Below are positions 37,788-50,079 of a stretch of DNA of 64,000 nucleotides, one piece after another (the stretch's first letter is position 1; each line of letters starts with the position of its first letter). The notes beneath the pieces are model-generated. The model made no database searches, had not been told where the DNA came from, and saw only the letters and a list, made by a program, of their open reading frames with translations. Source of the DNA: Mustelus asterias (Eukaryota); contig NW_027590138.1 in the NCBI RefSeq assembly GCF_964213995.1, positions 806,001 to 870,000 on the forward strand, written 5' to 3'. The translations under genes and the position numbers were made by a program.

Positions 37788-38825
37788 ATGCAAGAAAACA
37801 GCAATGTTCACAGTGTAGATAAACCGTGGAAATCTGGGGACTGTGAGCAGGGATTCAGATCCCCGTCTGAGCTGGAAACTCATCAGCCCTGTCACACTGG
37901 GGAGAGGCCATTCACCTGCCCTGAGTGTGGGAAGGGATTCACTTGGTCATCCAACCTGTTGAGGCACCAGCGTGTTCATAATGGGCAGAAGCCATTCACC
38001 TGTCCCGAGTGTGGGAAGGGATTCACTCGATCATCTGAGCTGCAACAACACCACCGAGTTCACACTGGGGAGAGGCCATTCACCTGCTCCAAGTGTGGGA
38101 AGGGATTTACTGATTCATCCACTCTGCTGAAACATCAGCAAGTTCACACTGATGAGAGACCATTTAAATGCCTGGACTGTGGGAAGTGCTATAAAAGTTC
38201 TCAGAATCTAATGCGACATCAGCTTGTTCACACTGACGAGAGACCCTTCAGATGCTCTCACTGTGAGACTGGGTTCAGACAATCATCTGAACTCACTGCA
38301 CATCAGCGAATTCACACTGGGGAGAAGCCGTTCATCTGTTTCAAATGTGGGAAGAGATTCACTCGATCATCAGGGCTTCGACAACACCATCGAGTTCACA
38401 CAGGGGAGAGAACATTCACCTGCTCCAAATGTGGGAAGGGATTCAGCGATTCGTCCACTCTGCTGAAACACCAGCGAGTTCACACTGACGAGAGACCTTT
38501 TAAATGTGCTGACTGTGAGAAATGCTATAAAGGTTCTGTGGACCTGATGCGCCATCAGCTTGTTCACACTGACGAGAGACCGTTCAGGTGCTCTCACTGC
38601 GGGACTGGGTTCAGACAATTATGTCAACTGACTGCACACCAGCGGGTTCACACTGGGGAGAAGCCGTTCATCTGTTTGCAGTGTGAGAAAGGATTCATTC
38701 AATCAGCCACCCTGCAGAGACACCAGCGAATTCACACTGGGGAGAGACCATTCACCTGCTTCGTGTGTGGGAAGAGATTCACTCGCTCATCCACCCTGAT
38801 GAGTCACCAGCGAGTTCACAAATAA
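37788..38825 (+). CDS. C2H2 ZNF, 12 finger units (first degenerate), with an internal 4-finger duplication
   Basis: Frame open from 37725, first ATG at 37788, acceptor TTTCACAG near 37706. Confidence 0.88.
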   Translation: MQENSNVHSVDKPWKSGDCEQGFRSPSELETHQPCHTGERPFTCPECGKGFTWSSNLLRHQRVHNGQKPFTCPECGKGFTRSSELQQHHRVHTGERPFTCSKCGKGFTDSSTLLKHQQVHTDERPFKCLDCGKCYKSSQNLMRHQLVHTDERPFRCSHCETGFRQSSELTAHQRIHTGEKPFICFKCGKRFTRSSGLRQHHRVHTGERTFTCSKCGKGFSDSSTLLKHQRVHTDERPFKCADCEKCYKGSVDLMRHQLVHTDERPFRCSHCGTGFRQLCQLTAHQRVHTGEKPFICLQCEKGFIQSATLQRHQRIHTGERPFTCFVCGKRFTRSSTLMSHQRVHK

Positions 38826-39154
38826 TCAGTGACTGGATTTTACTGTAAATCACATCCAGGAATGAATTATGTTCATTGACGTCCATTTATTTAAACTGGT
38901 GAAGTGAGTGGTAATTACAAAAGGAGACAGAATGGCTGTGTGAATTTAAACTGTGAGGATTTTTTATGCATTTGTGGGACATGGGCGTCACTGCATGGCC
39001 AGCATTTATTGCCCATCCCTAGTTACCATCGAACTGAGTGGCTCACTGGGCCATTTCAGAGGGCAGTTGACAGTCAACCACATTGCTATGGCTCTGGAGT
39101 CACATGTAGGCCAGACAGGTAAGGACAGCAGATTTCCTTCCCCAAACGGACATT

Positions 39155-40430
39155 CAGGTCGTGCCTTACAAATTTGGTGGAGTTTTTTGAGGAAGTGACA
39201 AAAACAGTTGATGAAGGAAGGGCCGTGGATGTTGTCTATATGGATTTCAGTAAGGCATTTGACAAAGTCCCACATGGCAGGTTGGTTAAGAAGGTTAAGG
39301 CTCATGGGATACAAGGAGAAGTGGCTAGATGGGTGGAGAACTGGCTTGGCCATAGGAGACAGAGGGTAGTGGTCGAAGAGTCTTTTTCCGGCTGGAGGTC
39401 TGTGACCAGTGGTGTTCCGCAGGGCTCTGTACTGGGACCTCTGCTATTTGTGATATATATAAATGATTTGGAAGAAGGTGTAACTGGTGTAATCAGCAAG
39501 TTTGCGGATGACACGAAGATGGCTGGAATTGCGGATAGTGAAGAGCATTGTCGGGCAATACAGCAGGATATAGATAGGCTGGAAAATTGGGCGGAGAGGT
39601 GGCAGATGGAGTTTAATCCGGATAAATGCGAAGTGATGCATTTTGGAATAAATAATGTAGGGAGGAGTTATACAATAAATGGCAGAGTCATCAGGAGTAT
39701 AGAAACACAGAGGGACCTAGGTGTGCAAGTCCACAAATCCTTGAAGGTGGCAACACAGGTGGAGAAGGTGGTGAAGAAGGCATATGGTATGCTTGCCTTT
39801 ATAGGACGGGGTATAGAGTATAAAAGCTGGAGTCTGATGATGCAGCTGTATAGAACGCTGGTTAGGCCACATTTGGAGTACTGCATCCAGTTCTGGTCGC
39901 CGCACTACCAGAAGGACGTGGAGGCATTGAAGAGAGTGCAGAGAAGGTTTACCAGGATGTTGCCTGGTATGGAGGGTCTTAGCTATGAGGAGAGATTGGG
40001 TAGACTGGGGTTGTTCTCCTTGGAAAGACGGAGAATGAGGGGAGATCTAATAGAGGTATACAAGATTATGAAGGGTATAGATAGGGTGAACAGTGGGAAG
40101 CTTTTTCCCAGATCAGAAGCTTTTTCCCAGGTCGGAGGTGACGATCACGAGGGGTCACGGGCTCAAGCTGAGAGAGGCGAAGTATAACTCAGACATCAGA
40201 GGACGTTTTTTACACAGAGGGTGGTGGGGGCCTGGAATGCGCTGCCAAGTAGGGTGGTGGAGGCAGGCACGCTGACATCGTTTAAGACTTACTTGGATAG
40301 TCACATGAGCAGCCTGGGAATGGAGGGATACAAACGATTGGTCTAGTTGGACCAAGGAGCGGCACAGGCTTGGAGGGCCAAAGGGCCGGTTTCCTGTGCT
40401 GTACTGTTCTTTGTTCTTGTTCTTTGTTCA
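39155..40430 (+). mobile_element. CR1/HER1-like LINE, 5'-truncated, nested in a family-2 SINE
   Basis: 337-aa RT ORF 39174-40187. A short tandem duplication at about 40097-40135 shifts the frame. (TTCTTTG)n tail. Confidence 0.93.
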
Positions 40431-40716
40431 TGGGGTGGCACAGTGGTTAACACTGTTGCCTCACAGCGCCAGGGACCCGGGTTCAATTCCCAGCTTGGGT
40501 CACTGTCTGTGTTGAGTTTGCATGTTCTCTGCATGTCTGCGTGGGTTTCCTCCGGGTGCTCCGGTTTCCTCCCACAGTCTGAAAGACATGCTGGTCCGGT
40601 GCATTGACTCGAACAAATGCCGGAGTGTGGCAACCTGGGGAATTTCACAGTAACTTCACTGCACTGTTAATGTAAGCCTACTTGTGACTAATAAATAAAC
40701 TTTACTTTTTGCTTTA
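40431..40716 (+). mobile_element. V-SINE, tail type B
   Basis: Head, V core and TGTGACTAATAAATAAACTTTAC tail. Confidence 0.85.
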
Positions 40717-42587
40717 CTGAACCAAATGGTTTTTTTCTGACAATTGACAATGGTTTCATGGTCAGCAGTAGATTCTTAATTCTGATTTTTTTAATTGAAT
40801 TCAATTATTTTTATTGAATTAAATGTACGAGGCAAGTTTTTTTTTTACAAAGAGTGGCAGGTGCCTGGAACTCGCTGCTGGGGGAGGTAGTGGAAGCAGA
40901 TATGATAGTGACCTTTAAGGGACACCTGGACAAATGCATGAATAAAATGGGAATAGAGGGATATGGTCCCCGGAGGCCTTTTTAGTTCAGACGGGCAGCA
41001 TAATCAGTGCAGGCTTGGAGGGCCAAAGAGCCTGTTCCTGTGCTATAATTTTCTTTTTTCTTGTTCTTTGTTCAAATTACACCACTTGCTGTGGTGGGAT
41101 TTGAACCCGGTCCCCAGAACATTAGCTGAGTTTATGGATTAAGTCTAGGGATAATACCATTGGGCCATCACCTCCCATCTGGAACAAAACTGTTTTCACC
41201 ACTAAGGCTCTGCTGTGATGTAATAGTCTCTATGACATCATCGCAGCAGGACTGGATGACATAATCAGAGTCCATTGTTTCTGAATGATCCACATCAATA
41301 ACAACAGGAAATACTCATCAAGCTGAGCACATTATCTAGGCTGACACTGCAGTCTGACATTGAGGGACTGCTGCACTCTGACACACACTGTCCTTCACAT
41401 GGAGCTTGTGGCGCTCTGGCCACAACCTTCCAATCCTTATAGAGTCGTAGTGACAAAGGACAGAGAATGTAAATGTTACATCCCTGTTCAAAAACACAGC
41501 AATTACAGAACAATCAGCTTAACATCAGCGGTGGGGAAAAGCCAATAATTTGAGACACAATCAACTGACACTTGGAAAAGTATGGATTATAATTTCCAGT
41601 ATTTTCTATTTTTAATACTGAAAACTTCCCTAGATCTCAAGGCTGGGAGAGACACTCGGAAAGGTATAGGGAGCTGGGACTTGTCCATGATAAGAAACAA
41701 TACTTTTCACTTTATGCGAATACATGTGACAATAATAAATCAAATTTTAAAAAATCAGTGTAACTCAAGGTCTGAGACTGAAATAATCAAGAGTTAGAAA
41801 GGAGAAAAGAACCAAAAAACAGAACAGTCAGTAACAGGACATCAATTAATCTCTTATCCTGGAGAAAATCAAGGATTTAACACACCGTATGTTTGAAACA
41901 AAGCTGATTTATTTAACAGATGTCAGAATATTAAATTCCACGTCAGTTAGAGATTATCTGAAGAAATAAATGTTAATTGTCTGATTGAAGATGGTCGAGA
42001 GGAGATTGATAGAGGTACTCAAAATCCTGAGGAGTTGGGCAGGTGAAATAGTGAGGAAATGTTCCCACCAAGAGAACATCAAGAACTAGAGGGCACAGAC
42101 CTACGTTAATGGGGAAAACAGAGTCAAAGTGATGTGAGGAAAATTATTTTCACCGAGTGGGTGGTTGGAGTCTGGAATAAACGTCCTGTGAGAGCAGTGG
42201 AGGCAGGTTTGATCAAGGTACTCAAAAGAATTGGATTGTTATCTGAAAAGAAAGAGTGTGCAAGGTTACAGGGGTATGGCAGGGGAATGGGATTAAGCTC
42301 TTTCAGTGAGCCAGTGCAGACTTGATGGGCTGAATGGCCTCTTTCTGTACTGTAAAGAATATGTGATGAGAGTTCCTGAATGATGGGGAAAGATCACAGA
42401 CAGTGGTTCTTAAAGGGAAACTGCAACCCCAAAAACACACACAGCTCTAGATCGAGAATATTAACCTGCAGCCCACTTACAGGGATTATTAACATAAGCA
42501 GAAACAAACCTCAAATGTCAGAATGAATGTGGCTCACTCCTGGATGTGATTAACAGCAGCAAGTACAGCAGAATCCACTCCCTGCAC

Positions 42588-43121
42588 TCACTCGTGAAGT
42601 CGCTGGTGTGTCACCAGGTGGGAGGAGGTAGTGAATCCCTTCCCACACTCTGAGCAGGTGAATGGTCTCTCCCCAGTGTGAAGTCGCTGATGTGCTTTGA
42701 GGCTGGATGAATGTCTGAAGCTCTTTCCACAGTCAGTGCAGCTGAATGGCCTCTCCTCAGTGTGAACTCTCTGGTGTGTCACAAGGTTGGATGAATTAAT
42801 GAATCGCTTTCCACACACGGAGCAGGTGAACGGCCTCTCCCCGGTATGAATTCTCCGGTGTAATTGTAGGTTATACATCTGGACGAATCCCTTCCCACAC
42901 ACAGAGCAAGTGTATGGTCTCTCTCCAGTGTGAACTCGCTGGTGTAATGTTAGGCAGGATGATTGAGTAAATTCCTTCCAACACACGGGGCAGGTGAAGG
43001 GTCTCTCCCCAGTGTGGGTGCGTCGATGAGTTTCCAGTTTGGATGGGCAAGTGAATGCTTTCCCACAGTCCCCACATATCCACGGTTTCTCTATGGTGTC
43101 AATATCATCATGTCTCTCCAT
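42588..43121 (-). CDS. C2H2 ZNF, 6 fingers
   Basis: Six intact fingers. The family Met codon is ATA here (IEKPW) and an ATG lies 9 codons upstream. Acceptor TTTTGCAG near 43431. Confidence 0.85.
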   Translation of the reverse strand: MERHDDIDTIEKPWICGDCGKAFTCPSKLETHRRTHTGERPFTCPVCWKEFTQSSCLTLHQRVHTGERPYTCSVCGKGFVQMYNLQLHRRIHTGERPFTCSVCGKRFINSSNLVTHQRVHTEERPFSCTDCGKSFRHSSSLKAHQRLHTGERPFTCSECGKGFTTSSHLVTHQRLHE

Positions 43122-43575
43122 ATTGGGTGATTAGTTGAAGCCTCGTCCACACAAAGAACACATGCACAGATTCACATTGCTGTGAATGGTGTTATGTTTT
43201 TTCAGGCTGTGTAACTGGTTAAAGCTCTTTCCACAGTCAGTTCACTGGAAAAGTCTCACTCGGGTGTGTCTCTCGGTGCTTTTCCAGTCACACTGAAGTT
43301 TGAAATCTTTTCCCGCACTCCACATTCAAAGGCTGATAGTGTTCAGGTGCTGGTGAATTGAGCAACTGTTAAATCTTGGTGTGAAACTTGAGTCCATTTT
43401 GCTGACTGTAAATTTCCCCCTTCAAACATCCTGCAAAAGGAGTTTACAAAACTACTGTCAGTCCAGGATAGAATTCTGATCAGACAAGTCTAATTTCTAA
43501 GGAACAACTTTTCTGCTCTGGTTTCCCAAAACAGTAAATCTATGTCCCACACACTCTCCCTCCTCCCTGAGCTGA

Positions 43576-43912
43576 GGGCGGCACGGTGGGACAGTGGTTA
43601 GCACTGCTGCCTCACAGCACTAGGAACCCAAGTTTGATTCCCAGCTTGGTTCACTGTCTGTGTGAAGTTTGCATGTTCTCCCTGTGTCTGCATGAGTTTC
43701 CTCCAGGTGCTCCAGTTTCCTCCCACTGTCCAAACAGGTGCGGATTAAGTAGATTGGAAATGCTAAATTAACCCTGAGTGTTTGTGTGGGTGGGGTGGGG
43801 GGTCTAGCTCGGGTAAATGCATGGGGTAACGGTGATAGGGCCTGGGTGGGATTGTGGTCAATGCAGATTCGATGGGCCCAACGGCCTCCTTCTGCACTGT
43901 GGGATTCTATGA
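43576..43912 (+). mobile_element. V-SINE (CR1-type tail)
   Basis: GGGCGGCACGGTGG head; GGCCTCCTTCTGCACTGTGGGATTCTATG tail. Confidence 0.88.
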
Positions 43913-44499
43913 GATCTAAATGAAATGTTGCATATTTTTCATGCATCCTTACAACTAATTTATACAAATCACTCCAAGGCCTGTTCCTCCCCATCTCTGG
44001 AATCACCTCTAGTACTGCTTTGATTCTGGCTTCCTTCACATTCCATTTTTTAATCACTCCACCATTAGTGACTAGACCTTCACTGCACAAGGATTCCTAC
44101 CATGCAGAAGGAAACCATTTGGCCCATCAAGTCTGGACCAACTCTGAATATTTTACCCCAGATCTATACCTCTAACCCACCTTACCTGCACATCTTTGTA
44201 CACGAAGGGGCAATATAGCATGGCCAATTCCCCTGAGCATCACATCTTTGGACGGTGGGAGAAAACCAGAGCATCCAGAGGAAACCCACAGTCAGAGGGA
44301 TAACGTGCAAACTCTGCACAGACAGTGACCCAAGGCTGGAATTGAACCCGAGTCCCTGGAGCTGTGAGGCAGCAGTGCTAACCACCCTGATATTAATGGT
44401 GTTATATAAATAGAAGTTGTTGTTGGCTGTAACCCTAATTTCCGGTTTTACAACAACACATTGATTTTATAACAAACTGTCTGATTTTTTTTGTCTCCA

Positions 44500-45200
44500 G
44501 TGGGTTATTCATTTGGTTTCACCCTCCAGATGTATGGTGGCTGCGCATGCGTTATTCCAATTTACCTCAACAAAGATGGCGGATGCGCATGCGCTTTGCA
44601 ATACGTGGTTCCCTATAAAGATGGCGGATGTGAACTCGGGTCTGAACCTTCGGAAGGCCCGAGGAATTTGCTTCGCAAATTGAGGGTTTGTGGCCGACAC
44701 CGGGTTTTTATAAAGCCTCACCACCCACCCGCCAACTCCATTTCTGTTTCCGGTTTTATTTCGGGCTCTGGATCCGCATTGGATCTTTGTAAAAATCTCC
44801 ATTTAAAACCCGCTCGCTCGAGCGCCTTACCGTCTGCCGCAGGCACTGCGCATGCTCCAGCTCCCAAACCAGGATGGGGCCGTTAACCTGAGCCTGTTCC
44901 CAGGAGGGAGGGAGAAGCCCCGCAGCTGCAAACCAGGGAGCTGACAATGATTCTGAAGGGTTTGCGGATCCACAAAGTGTTTCCAAATCCTCCCAGCCAC
45001 CGCCTAACGCTGACTCCGCTTCTCCGGGACAAACAAGCACCAAGGACAGCAATGACACTGCGCATGCTCCACATCACAATACCCGGGGAATGACTGACGG
45101 CAGCTCCGGACCAATCGGAAGAGGGGGCGGGACTGGAGGACCGAGCGGGAGCGGCTGGTCCTCCAACCAATCAGAGTGAATGAGGGGCGGGACTGGAGGA
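44500..45200 (-). promoter_or_regulatory. Putative promoter and first exon of ZNF 42588-43121
   Basis: Duplicated CCAAT plus GGGGCGGG unit (45110-45200), TGCGCATGC(G) x4, AAGATGGCGG (YY1) x2, minus-strand donor CAG|GTTAAC near 44887. Confidence 0.65.
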
Positions 45201-45204
45201 CCTA

Positions 45205-45480
45205 ATCTGTTGATTAGTAGGGTCAGTGTGTCTGGGACAGGGCCTGGGGAAAGGTGCTCTGTTGGTTAGTGGGATCAGTATGTCGGGAGAGGGATAGGGC
45301 CTGGGTAAAGGTGCTCTGTTGGTCAGTATGTCAGGGATAGGGCCTGGGGAAAGGTGCTCTGTTTATTAGTGGGGTCAGTATGTCAGGATACAGGGATAGG
45401 GCCAGGGTCAAGGTGCTCTGTTGATTAGTGGGGTCAGTGTGTCAGGGTACAGGGATTGGACCCGGGTAAAGGTGCATTAT
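45205..45480 (+). repeat. Minisatellite, about 5 degenerate units of about 40-62 bp
   Basis: Unit approximately CTGTTGATTAGTGGGGTCAGTATGTCAGGATACAGGGATAGGGCCTGGGTAAAGGTGCT. Confidence 0.85.
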
Positions 45481-46549
45481 GCTTTATGGCAGTCTGCAGT
45501 TTGGCCAAGGTCTACATTTTAGTCCAAAAAGTACATGTTTAAATTCTCTACCAGTGATTATTTGTACCTCTATGCAGACAGTATCTTTGTATAATATAAA
45601 TAAGGCACGTTGTGGTCCTTATTCTACGTTCGTCTAAGTCAGTCCACCCTGTTTCAATAGCCTTTATTAGTTTTTAATCTCAAGGTATTCTGAACCCCTC
45701 TAACAAAATAACTTTAAAAAACTTAAAGTTTATAATTAGTCTCAAGTAGGCTTACATTAACACTGCAATGAGGTTACTGTGAAAAATCCCCTCTCTAACA
45801 ACAAAAGAAACTTGATTTTAAACTTCACCTATTAATTTTTTTGTTATATTCCTCAACCTATTTTAATTTGATCAGTTTTTTGTGAGGGATGGGAATTTCT
45901 GTTCTTTATAAACTGGTTCACTCGTTTTGTTAAATCTACATGGGCTCGGGAATCAGAACCCAGACTCTATCATCCATATCCTTTTTCTCCTTTTGTCACC
46001 ACTTTCTCTGTTTTGTGGGAGGGTCGTGGGGATTCCAATCAGACCTAATCATTTATTATAAAAGTAAAACAAAAACAGAAAATGCTGGAAAATCCCAGCA
46101 GATCTGACAGCATCTGTAGGGAGAGAATAGCGCCAACGTTTCAAGTCTGGATGACCCTTCATGAGAGCTCCTATGAAGTGTCATCCAGGCTCAAAATGTT
46201 GGCCCTATTCTCAAATCATTTTATCGATAAGTTTCTTGTTCTTAGTTTCCAAAAGACAGGTAAGAAATCTGTCTGGTGCCCACTCGAGCTCTGAATTTTT
46301 CACTGGCCATGCTTGGGTTGGATTATAACCATTAGAATCCACTCTTAGACGTCCACTTTTCAGTCCAGTGCTACTTGGAGTGTACCGTCACTTCACCGAC
46401 TACCGGGTCACAAGACCTTCACAGTTCTTATCACAAATCTATGATAAAATAATTTAAGCAATGCCTGAGAACACTTCTTAATCAACGACCTACCACCGTT
46501 TGTTGATTGTGAGATTTGGATATCTCAGCCGCTGAATACCAGCTGGTTA

Positions 46550-46871
46550 TTCATAGATTCATAGAATCCTATAGTGCAGAAGGAGGCCATTTGGCCTATC
46601 GAGTCTCCACTGACCACAATCACACCCAGGCCCTGTCCCCCATGCATTTACCCTAGCTCGCCCCCCTGACACTAAGGAGCAATTTAGCATGGCCAATCCA
46701 CCTAAACCGCATATCTTTGGACTTTGGGAGGCAACCGGAGCACCCGGAGGAAACACGGACACGGGGAGAATGTGCAGACTCCACACAGCCAGTGACCCAA
46801 GCCAGGAATCGAACCCAGGTCCCTGGCGCTGTGAGGCAGCAGTGCTAACCACTGTGCCACCATGCCGCCCA
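46550..46871 (-). mobile_element. V-SINE (CR1-type tail)
   Basis: Reverse complement of head, V core and ATTCTATGA tail. Confidence 0.88.
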
Positions 46872-47686
46872 AACTTATGGAATAAGTTTAATTCTAACTC
46901 ATTCTGTGTAAATATTCTCACAAGGTCCTCTTTTGGAGCTTTGCTAAGCAGCTTTAATGGTTTGTGATTGCAGAAACTGAGCCGTCACAGAAACATGGTC
47001 AAGATAGTCCAGTCCCATAATGCCTCACATTCAATCTGCAGTCCTTTAATTATAGCAGGATATGTGGCTGTATGTAGCTGCCTCGGCCATGGTCAACCCC
47101 AACACTGCCTTCTTGAACTGCTACAATGCCCGAGATGTAAGTACGCCCACAGTGCTGTTAGGGAGGGATTTCCAGGTACACCTTCCTGACAAGATTCTGA
47201 CAGGTTTAGACAAGGTGGACAAAGAAAAACTGTTCCCATTAGCTGATGGGACAAGGACGAGGGGGGGCACAGATTTAAGGTTTTGGGTCAGAGATGCAGG
47301 GGGGGGATGTGAGGAAGAATATTTTGATGCAGCGAATGGTAATGACCTGGAACTCGCTGCCTACGAGGGTGGAGGAAGTGGAGACAATAAACAATTACAA
47401 AAGAAATTGGATGGGCATTTGGGGGGTTCCAAACAGAAATCCTTACTAATTATCTCTAAACTTCCTAACATCCTGTCACTCTGTGATCCGTGTGAAATTT
47501 GAAATCAGGTATTTGCAACAAGACTCAAAGAGCATCAGCTCACTGGAGGCAAAGTTGTGAGACCGGCCACTCCAGCAGAAAGAAACCCTCCGACCCTCCC
47601 CATTGACCAACTGTGAGAATGAACAAAATGCAGTCCTGGATGTAATTGAGAGCAGAAACAATAACAGCAGAATCCAACCCCTGGAA

Positions 47687-48361
47687 TCACTCGTGAACTT
47701 GTTGGTGTCTCAAAAGGTGGGATGAAAGACTGAATTTCTTCTCACACACAGAGCAGGTGAATGGCCTCTCCCCAGTGTGAACTCGCTGGTGTTTCTGCAG
47801 GTGGGATGACTGAGTGAATCCTTTCCCACACTGAGAGCAGATGAACGGCTTCTCCCCAGTGTGAACTCGCTGGTGTATCTGCAGGTGGGATGTCCGAGTA
47901 AATCCCTCCCCACATTGACAGCAGGTGAATGGCCTCTCCCCTGTGTGAACTTGGTAGTGTGTCTGCATGTGGGATGACTGAGTGAATCCCTTCCCACACT
48001 GAGGGCAGGTGAATGGCCTCTCCCCAGTATGAATGTGCTCATGTGCCCGCAGGTTGGATGAACAAGCGAATCCTTTCCCACACTGAGAGCAGATGAATGG
48101 CCTCTCCCCAGTGTGAGCTTGCTGGTGCCTCCGCAGGCTGGATAAATGACTGAATCCCTCCCCACACTGAGAACACGTGAACGGCCTCTCCCCAGTGTGA
48201 ACTCGTTGGTGTGTCCGCAGGTTGAATGACTGAGTGAATCCCTTCCCACACTGAGAGCACGTGAATGGTCTCTCCCCAGTGTGGCTGCGCTGATGAGCTT
48301 CCAGCTCATTTGGGTATCTGTATCTCTTCCCACAGTCTGCACATTTCCATGGTTTCTCCAT
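47687..48361 (-). CDS. C2H2 ZNF, 8 fingers
   Basis: ACCATGG at 48361 (MEKPWKC), eight intact fingers, acceptor TTTTACAG|GATAT near 48696. Confidence 0.9.
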   Translation of the reverse strand: MEKPWKCADCGKRYRYPNELEAHQRSHTGERPFTCSQCGKGFTQSFNLRTHQRVHTGERPFTCSQCGEGFSHLSSLRRHQQAHTGERPFICSQCGKGFACSSNLRAHEHIHTGERPFTCPQCGKGFTQSSHMQTHYQVHTGERPFTCCQCGEGFTRTSHLQIHQRVHTGEKPFICSQCGKGFTQSSHLQKHQRVHTGERPFTCSVCEKKFSLSSHLLRHQQVHE

Positions 48362-50079
48362 GGTACAGGTGTCCTTGCCTCTGTCTTGGGTGGACAATCA
48401 GTTGAAGCCTCGTCCGCACACAGAACACGGGTACAGTCTCTCCCCGCTGTGAATGGTGTGATATTTATTCAGGCTGTGTAACTGGTTAAAGCTCTTTAGT
48501 CAGTGCGCTGGAAGATTCTCACTCGCGTGTGGCAGTGTGTTGGTGCTTTTCCAGTCACACTGATGTTTGAAATCTTTTCAAATCGACAGACCGGACAACA
48601 ATTTCTCCTTCTAGATTCAGCTCCCAAGGAATATGACTCTGTCAGATCCAGACGTGACGTTTGAGATTTCGGCCTGTGATTCCTCTTTCAATATCCTGTA
48701 AAATGAGTTTACAAAAGTCATCAGTGTCAGTACAGGATAGAAATTCAGAACAGGATTCTATTTAAAAATGAAATTGGATGGGCACTTGATGGAAATAAAC
48801 TTTCAGGAGAATGGGGATATCGAGTGGGAATGGGACTGGAATGTTATACAGAGAGTCAGCATAGACTCGAGTTACCGAATGGATTCCTTCTGTGCTGTAA
48901 TTACTTTATGACTGGAAATGTATAACATCGCTACAGCCTTATATTACAATGCAAGAAATAATAATAAATGTATTTTATTACAGAAGCATAAAGAATGTAT
49001 CTAATCTGGGTACCATATAATAACACTAGACATATCTCTGTCCTATATTAATTTACTGTACGCTTAAATGTCAGCCATCTCCTGGGGAAAGCTGCCCTTT
49101 AATTGTGAACATTAGGAAAAAGACCATCTTTTAGACAGACAAATAAATGTGTCAAGCTGAGGGAGCAAAGGATGTTTACCAGGCTGATTCAGGGAATCAC
49201 AGGACTGATGTAGGAGGAGAGACTGACTAGGTTAGGATTGTTTTCGTTGGAGTTCAGATGAATGATGGGGGAATCTCAAAGAGACTGATAAAATTCCAAC
49301 AGGTCGAGACAGGATAGATGCAGGGAGGATGTTCCTGATGGAGTCCAGAACTGGGGGTCACAGTCTGAGGATTCAGGGCAGACCATTTAGGACGGAGGTG
49401 AGGAGACATTTCTTCACCCAAAGAGTGGTGAGCCTGTCGAATTTATTACCACAGGAAGTAGTTGGTGCCAAAACATTGAATGTATTCAAGAGGCGGCTGG
49501 ATAAAGCACTCGGGGCGAATGGGATCACAGGTTATGGGGAAAAAGCAGGATTAGGCCATGATTGTAATGAATGGCGGAGCAGGCTCGAAGGGCCAAATGG
49601 CTTCCTCCTGCTCCTACCTTCTATGTTTCTATGTCAATGTCTTTAAGAGAGAGAGAGAGACCTGGGCCAACCTTTCCAGAGTCTGCAGCCTCCCTGGATT
49701 CACTTCGTTTCCCTTCAGTTGCTGCAAGTCCCCAATTTCCCCCAGAACGAGAAAAGAAATGGAAAGGGGAGAAAAGAAAGTGTTTTACTCACAGATATTG
49801 GCCTCTTTTAGGTCAAAACAAATGAACAAACTCAAGTTAAATCATGACAAAGTAAAAGGGGCAGCTCCCCAAAAGGAGGGGGAACAGCCCGAACAAAAAT
49901 CAAAGTACAAAGGAAAGAGCTAGATGTTGGCCTCTTTTAAGGAAATAAGTGATAAATTAGTTATCCGCCAGGGTTCGATGTCATCTGATCGCTTGTTTGG
50001 AGAATAAAACATACTTAGGTACCTCGCTTCCTCTGGGATATGAAGCTGTAATCCATATAATCTCAAATAACTCCCTTCC

